The position numbers and the translations under genes were made by a program. This document shows positions 55,990 through 64,000 of a stretch of DNA of 64,000 nt, one piece after another. The notes beneath the pieces are model-generated. The model ran no database searches, was not told the DNA's origin, and saw nothing but the letters and a program-made list of their open reading frames with translations. Origin of the DNA: Octopus vulgaris (Eukaryota); the NCBI GenBank assembly GCA_951406725.2, contig OX597835.1:31434001-31498000 (forward strand), read 5' to 3'. Positions within the stretch are counted from its first letter, which is position 1. The number at the start of each line of letters is the position of its first letter.

Positions 55990-56400
55990 TCCCAGAGCTT
56001 TTCTTCCTTTCGCACATTTCATTGCCTTCTGAAACTCATGATACGACGGAAGAGTGTTCATCCAACGCTGTGATGGATAGAAAGGGATTTTTCTGAGAAT
56101 GTCATCTGCTGGTTTTTACTCATGATTTAACAGAAAAATGCTCCTTCCATCAGTCAAGGATATTCTGCTGGTCAGTTAGGACGTCATTTGACGACTTTAC
56201 AGGACCAAACAGTATAGAAAATTCTTAGATATCGAGCGTCACCATACGATTGGAAAACCATACTTTCTGTGGCCACTAAGCCTTCTGCAGTTCCCTCGGC
56301 TGGGTGTGGTAATTTGCTTGACCTTCATGTAGCGAGCTTCCTTATACCTGGGTCTTGGTTGTAGTTCACGGGATAACCAGGCCTTTCGTATTTCATCAGT
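55990..56400 (-). mobile_element. RTE-clade LINE ORF2 fragment
   Basis: Minus strand ILFGPVKSSNDVLTDQQNILD*WKEHFS..LPSYHEFQKAMKCAKGRKALG (EN-RT linker motifs). Confidence 0.72.
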
Positions 56401-56501
56401 CAATCCGCTGATTTCCTCTCATACATACATACATACATACATACATACGTACATAAATACATACATACATACATAAATACATACATACATACGTACATTC
56501 A

Positions 56502-56535
<34 letters not shown>

Positions 56536-56637
56536 CATACATACATACATACATACATACATACATACAGACATACATATATACATACGTAGGCATATAT
56601 TTAACAGTGCGTTGCTGTTATTCTGTTGGTCGGTCAC

Positions 56638-56638
56638 T

Positions 56639-56679
<41 letters not shown>

Positions 56680-56774
56680 ATAGTACTACTACCATCACCA
56701 CCACCACTACCACCACCACAGCCACCACCGCCGCTACCGCCACCATCACCACCACCACCACCACCACCACCACA

Positions 56775-56810
<36 letters not shown>

Positions 56811-56820
56811 GCTGCTGATG

Positions 56821-56856
<36 letters not shown>

Positions 56857-56858
56857 GA
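56638..56858. repeat. (CTA)n/(CCA)n microsatellite
   Basis: Direct inspection. Confidence 0.95.
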
Positions 56859-57145
56859 TAGGAAACCTCGAAATAATGATGTGGTTTATAACTGTGACTA
56901 GTGAAGTTAATCAAAGATTTGGCTTTTTAAAATGGCTTCAATATAATTACACACAAACACACAAACACACAAACACACTCACACAAATACATAGGTACAT
57001 GTATATGTGTATGTGTGTGCGTATATTTTTGTATGTATATGTGTGCGTTTTGCTTTTTTTATTGCCATTATTTCTTCCCCACTCTCTTTCTCTCACTTTT
57101 CTCCCAGCGACTCACCTTATATTTTGTTGTACATATTTGATTTAT

Positions 57146-57220
<75 letters not shown>

Positions 57221-57221
57221 G

Positions 57222-57252
<31 letters not shown>

Positions 57253-57659
57253 GTATATATATTTTATATATATATATATGTATATACGTATATATATATA
57301 CATATAAATGTATATATATAAATATATATATATTCTTTCTATGTCATTTATTTTGGAATTCTCCACAATAACACCTTACACTTCACCGACAAAACCACCA
57401 TCACCATCACCAACACCAACACCATACCGCCACAGAACCACGAATGGTTAATGGCTTACAGTAAATTAAGATTGATGATCAAATGTTAATTGGTAATCAT
57501 CGAGTCGTTGTTGTCATTATTCTCATCATTCTTATCAGCATCATTATCACATCAGCATCACCATCGCTATGACCACCTCCACTACCACCACAACGGCATG
57601 GTCAAATTTCTTATATTAGCCACAGGGGCATACTTGAGGGAGACATCACCAGGACAAGA

Positions 57660-59440
<1,781 letters not shown>

Positions 59441-59889
59441 AATATCTTCTAAATAATTAGAAATTAAAAATTGAAAACAGAAATTAAAAGCAAGAAAATT
59501 CAAAGTAACCGTTGTTTCTTAAATAGAATAAAAAGTGAGACTCTAGATCGAGTAGTGAGTTAATTATTTTTTTGTTTATTTTTCTGTTTTTTTTCTTTGT
59601 TTTTTTTCAAAGCATTTCAAATCACTCGTTAATTAACATACATGCATATACGTGTCAGTCGAACGTTAAGGTTGCATCGCCGTTTATGTTCTTTGGGTGG
59701 GGAAAGTACACGAGTTATTCTTTCTCTTTTTGCATTCTTCACCAAATTTTACAAATTTTATGGCAGTTTTGGCTAATGATGCCCTTATTGCTTTTTGATG
59801 CGGTTAATACTTAGTCAATAAGTTTTTCAAGGCCGTCTACGATGAAAGACTGACTGATATTTCCGAATTAATTTCCAATACCTGCAAGT

Positions 59890-60050
59890 ACAGGGTGTGG
59901 TTGTGTGGTTGAGAAGCTGGTTTTCTGACAATGTGTTCTTGGGTTCAGTTCCACAACGTGGTAGCTTGGACCAGTGTCATTTGCTATAGCGCCGGGCAGA
60001 TCGAAGCCTTGTGACTGGATTTCGTAGACTGAAATAGAACGAATGTCGTT
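59890..60050 (+). mobile_element. SINE family A, diverged 5' part
   Basis: GTGGTTGTGTGGTTGAGAAGCT..GGGTTCAGTTCCAC.. Confidence 0.7.
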
Positions 60051-60073
60051 GTGTATGTATGTATGCATGTACG

Positions 60074-60160
<87 letters not shown>

Positions 60161-60249
60161 ATCAATCAATCAATCTATCTATCTATCTATCTATCTATCC
60201 ATCCATCCATTTAACTCTCTCTCTATATATATATCTATCTATCTATCCA

Positions 60250-60556
60250 TCATAGTGGCTTATTGGTTCATGATCATAAAGGTCGTGAGTTCAATTCCTG
60301 GCGACGCGTCGTGTCCTTGAGCAAGACACATTATTTCACGTTGCTCCAGTCCACTCAGCTGGCAAAAATGAGTTGTAGCGGTATTTCAAAGGGGCTAGCC
60401 TTGTCACACTCTGTGTCACACTGAATCTTTCTGAGAACTACATGAAAGGTACACGTGTCCATGGAGTGCTCAGCCACATGCACGTTAATTTCACGAGCAG
60501 GCTGTTCCGTTGATCGTATAAGCTGGAACCCTCGTCTTCGTAACCGACGGAGTGCT

Positions 60557-60558
<2 letters not shown>
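60250..60558 (+). mobile_element. SINE family C
   Basis: GAGTTCAATTCC B box, CTTGAGCAAGACAC..CTCCAGTCCACTCAGCTG core; collinear with 6445-6752. Confidence 0.88.
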
Positions 60559-60623
<65 letters not shown>

Positions 60624-60828
60624 AGATAATGGTGTTATTGAGACCCAAAGGTGTCAGGTAATGCTGAATAAGTGCTATAGACAGACCATAGTTAAGTTCC
60701 AGATTCAGTAATATTGTGAATAAAGGGTTTAACGTTGGTTCTATGTCAGCATGTGTATATAAGAATCTTGCGTAATAAGATTAAAAAAACGAAGACTGCA
60801 TAGATATTAGTGCATTTATAGATAGAAG

Positions 60829-60880
60829 GTCTTACAGCTGTTTCTAGGATATTTATTAATAATATCCCTTCATCGGAGAC
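60829..60880 (-). ncRNA. Type I hammerhead ribozyme (U4C core variant) in a Penelope-like fragment (~60620-60930)
   Basis: GTCT-CCGATGA-AGGGATATT..AAATATCCTA-GAAA-CAGCTG-TA-AGAC. Confidence 0.8.
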
Positions 60881-60959
60881 GGTGTGAGAGGAAAATTACG
60901 TCATAGTTAGTTTAGATGTGATACAAAATGTATATGTATATATACACGTTTATGAATTT

Positions 60960-61110
60960 GTCAAACAACTGACAAGCAAATCTGTTTTATTGAGCAGAAT
61001 ATTTGCTGTAACCCATCTTTTATACCAAGACAAAACAATGTACATGATAACACTTCCAATCATTTAAGATCAGAAGCCACGAGAGCCACTGCCTGGTACT
61101 GCATCAAGGC

Positions 61111-61179
<69 letters not shown>

Positions 61180-61180
61180 G
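60960..61180 (-). repeat. Dispersed repeat abutting (TTA)n, possibly the end of a TAA-targeting LINE
   Basis: Shares sequence with 38112-38200; directly adjoins (TTA)n at ~61112-61179. Confidence 0.5.
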
Positions 61181-61639
61181 GAAAGAAACTGAAAGAAGGC
61201 ACTTTCCTATGTCTTGGAGATGGCAGAGTAATCCGGGATTTTGTGGGGGTTTTACTGTTGGGGATTCTATCTATTTATTTAGTATTATTTATTTCTCTAC
61301 TTTCTATTATATATACTTTTTTTAATATCCTTTAATATGGTAGTATCAGCTCTTGATTGATGTTAACCTCATATGTTTTTGTTTTTGTAATATTTTTGTG
61401 CTGTAACTCGTCCTTCGATATTGCCCTCCATGTCTTGGGCCCTTGTGGCCAATAAAACAAATCAGCATTAATATTATTATCATCATCATCATTATTATTA
61501 TTGTTATTATTATTAATTTACTTTAATCTACATGTTTGTTGCAATAACTTGTCGAGAATCACCCAACGATTGAAGTCTTAGAGATGTTACAGTATAAATG
61601 AAAGCCTGGGGATGAGAAGTGACAGGGCGCAGAAGTGTA

Positions 61640-61681
<42 letters not shown>

Positions 61682-61735
61682 CTCTATAATGTTGCCACTT
61701 GATATGAACATTTTTGTATTAATGGAAAACCGCTA

Positions 61736-61824
61736 TAATTGGCTGATGAGTGCTCAGCATTTTAAAACTGTTGTAATACAACATTTAATCAAATGATGTA
61801 GTACGAAATGATCGCACCAAATTA
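61736..61824 (+). ncRNA. Degenerate hammerhead with long stem II in a Penelope-like fragment (~61680-61955)
   Basis: AATTGG-CTGATGA-GTGCT..AGTAC-GAAA-TGATCG-CA-CCAAATT; U16.1 replaced by C; flanked by (TA)n. Confidence 0.7.
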
Positions 61825-61950
61825 CCGGAGTCATTCTTGTTGCTTATTTTGATTATAATCACCCCACGGATTTATATGGATAACACCATACAAAATTCTG
61901 GTGCATCTAAATTAAGTACCATATTCATTTGAATCTAAATTTTTGCTGAA

Positions 61951-61985
<35 letters not shown>

Positions 61986-62074
61986 TTTAATTCGTTTACT
62001 TGTTTCAGTCATTTGAATGCGGCCATGCTGACAAAGCGATGCTCCAGCTTGGATAAAGTCTAATGCCAAAAAGA

Positions 62075-62435
62075 AGCTGCCCGAAGTACCCTCTCCATCG
62101 GATCTTCTCAGCAGTAACTATCATTAAACTTTCCAACTGTATTCCTTAGCCTGACCAACTGAGACTATGGATATCATCCAACCATCTCCGGTCTTGATCC
62201 ACCTTTAGGGTACCTAAAAGCTGTGAGGGTACAGTCCTCAAGCACCTTTTCCATAGTGTCCTATCAGAATCCACCATCATTACACTCTCTGACTGGTTTC
62301 CGAAGCGTGACCAATTCAGACTATGGAAATCATTGAACCATCTCGGTCTTGTTCTACTCCTTCCACTCCTGCCGTTTGGATCCACTTGAAGAAAATGTCT
62401 TGCGATTCTTTCCTGCGACGTTATTATTCGCATGT
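62075..62435 (-). mobile_element. RTE-like LINE, 3' end of ORF2
   Basis: RIARHFLQVDPNGRSGRSRTRPRWFND..DRTLWKR (RGRP--RW-D motif); ~70-bp internal duplication (62146-62215 vs 62310-62385). Confidence 0.7.
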
Positions 62436-62536
62436 CTGTCGGAGGCCGTTTAGCTTCAAGGTTAAAGCACCCAACCGATAACTGAATTATACGGATTCGA
62501 TTCCCGTAGCCTATCTTCTGGCAACTTTTCTGATGA

Positions 62537-62930
62537 GGCGACGAGCTGGCAGAAACGTTCGCACGCCGGGCGAAATGCTTAGCGGTATTTCGTCTTCTAT
62601 TACGTTCTGAGTTCAAATTCCACCGAGGTAGACTTTGCCTTTCATCCTTTCGGGGTCGATTAAATAAGTACCAGTTACGCACTAGGGTCAATATAGTCGA
62701 CTTAATCCGTGTGTCTGTCCTTGTTTGTCCTCTCTGTTTTTAGCCCCTTGTGGGTTGTAACGAAATAGGTATCTCATCCGTCGCTATGTTCTGAGTTCAA
62801 ATTCCGCCGAGGTCGACTTTGCTATTCATCCTTTCAGTGGTCGATAAAATATGTACCAGTTGAAAATTGGGTCGATGTAATCGACTCATCCGCACTTCTC
62901 CCAAGCTGCCCTTGTGGCAAAAATTTGAAA
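62537..62930 (+). mobile_element. SINE family B plus a second partial tandem unit
   Basis: GGCGACGAGCTGGCAGAAACG..GAGTTCAAATTCC..GAAATAGGTAT, then the B-box region repeated at ~62770-62885. Confidence 0.88.
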
Positions 62931-63329
62931 TAATTATTGTTCTCATGTCCGTGGAACCAGAGCTGTGACCAAAAAATCGATGCTGAGTACCAACTCGAAC
63001 TGGAGAGGCACTCTGATCTCTGGAGTATATGTTATAATCTTCAAATATGGAATACCTTGTTTACAGAGGTTTTGAACCAGGGCCTCGTATTTTCAACATA
63101 ACTCAATTTTTGTTAAAAAAAACAACAAAAAACATCCTATAAAATCGTGTTGAAAGCTACTAGGACGCTGTGTAATTTAGAAATAAGGAATTCATCATCT
63201 AATGACAGAAACAAGTAAAAAATAAACGTTAAAAGATGTCTGCGGAAAACTCAGACACTTATATTTCAATTTGGCCATAGGGAAGTTGAGCTGATCGAGC
63301 AATTGACTGCTCAAACCAACAGAGGATCC

Positions 63330-63755
63330 ATCATCACTACCACCACCAACACCAAGACCGCCACCACCACCACCAAGACCGCCACCACCACCACCATCAC
63401 CACAACAAACATCACCACCACCAACACCACCACTACCATCACCATCAACAACAACAACACGACGACGACGACGACCACCACCACCACCACCACCACCATT
63501 ATCACGATTATCACCTTCATTGATATTCAGCACCGACACCGCAACCAGCATCATCACCATCATCATCATCATCATCATCATCTCCATCGTCGTCGTCATC
63601 ATCATCATCATCATCACCATTTCCACCACTACCATCATCATCGTAATCATCACCATCATCATCGTTGTCATCATTATCATCATTGCCACTACTACCACCA
63701 AATTCAGCATAGACATTATCATCGTTGTCGTCGTCGTCGTCATCACCGCCATGAC
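63330..63755. repeat. Compound trinucleotide microsatellite (CCA/TCA/TCG)
   Basis: Direct inspection. Confidence 0.95.
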
Positions 63756-63928
63756 TACCCCAGCGTTTAAGTTTTATGTACATGAAATTAGTAGACAAGA
63801 TCAAATGCTGTTCGTTGACAGAAAAACTGAGTGACAACTGACAGCCATATTATTACGGATATTTTGATTTATTTGCGATAAACACACACACACACACACA
63901 CACTGACACACGAACACACAGACACACT

Positions 63929-63977
<49 letters not shown>

Positions 63978-64000
63978 ACACACGAACACACAGACACATA

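Overview
AT-rich, microsatellite-saturated animal genomic DNA with no recognisable host gene or exon. The mix of tRNA-derived SINEs and simple repeats strongly resembles an Octopus genome (inferred from remembered repeat families, not from a search). Nearly all ORFs in the track are translation artefacts of (TA)n, (TACA)n and trinucleotide arrays. The window holds three tRNA-SINE families, decayed mariner/Tc1/maT transposons, CR1-like, RTE and R4/Dong LINE fragments, Helitron pieces, MITEs (one family carrying CCCTAA telomeric repeats), and about 10 short Penelope-like fragments with minimal type I hammerhead ribozymes. Two items stand out. (1) A 2.5-kb element at 52748-55267 with one intact 412-aa ORF1 (CCHC knuckle, no ORF2), inserted with a perfect 15-bp TSD into the tRNA head of a young SINE. 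(2) A composite at 1823-2299 joining a tRNA-like Pol III promoter, (AAT)n and a hammerhead in a Penelope-style inverted structure.
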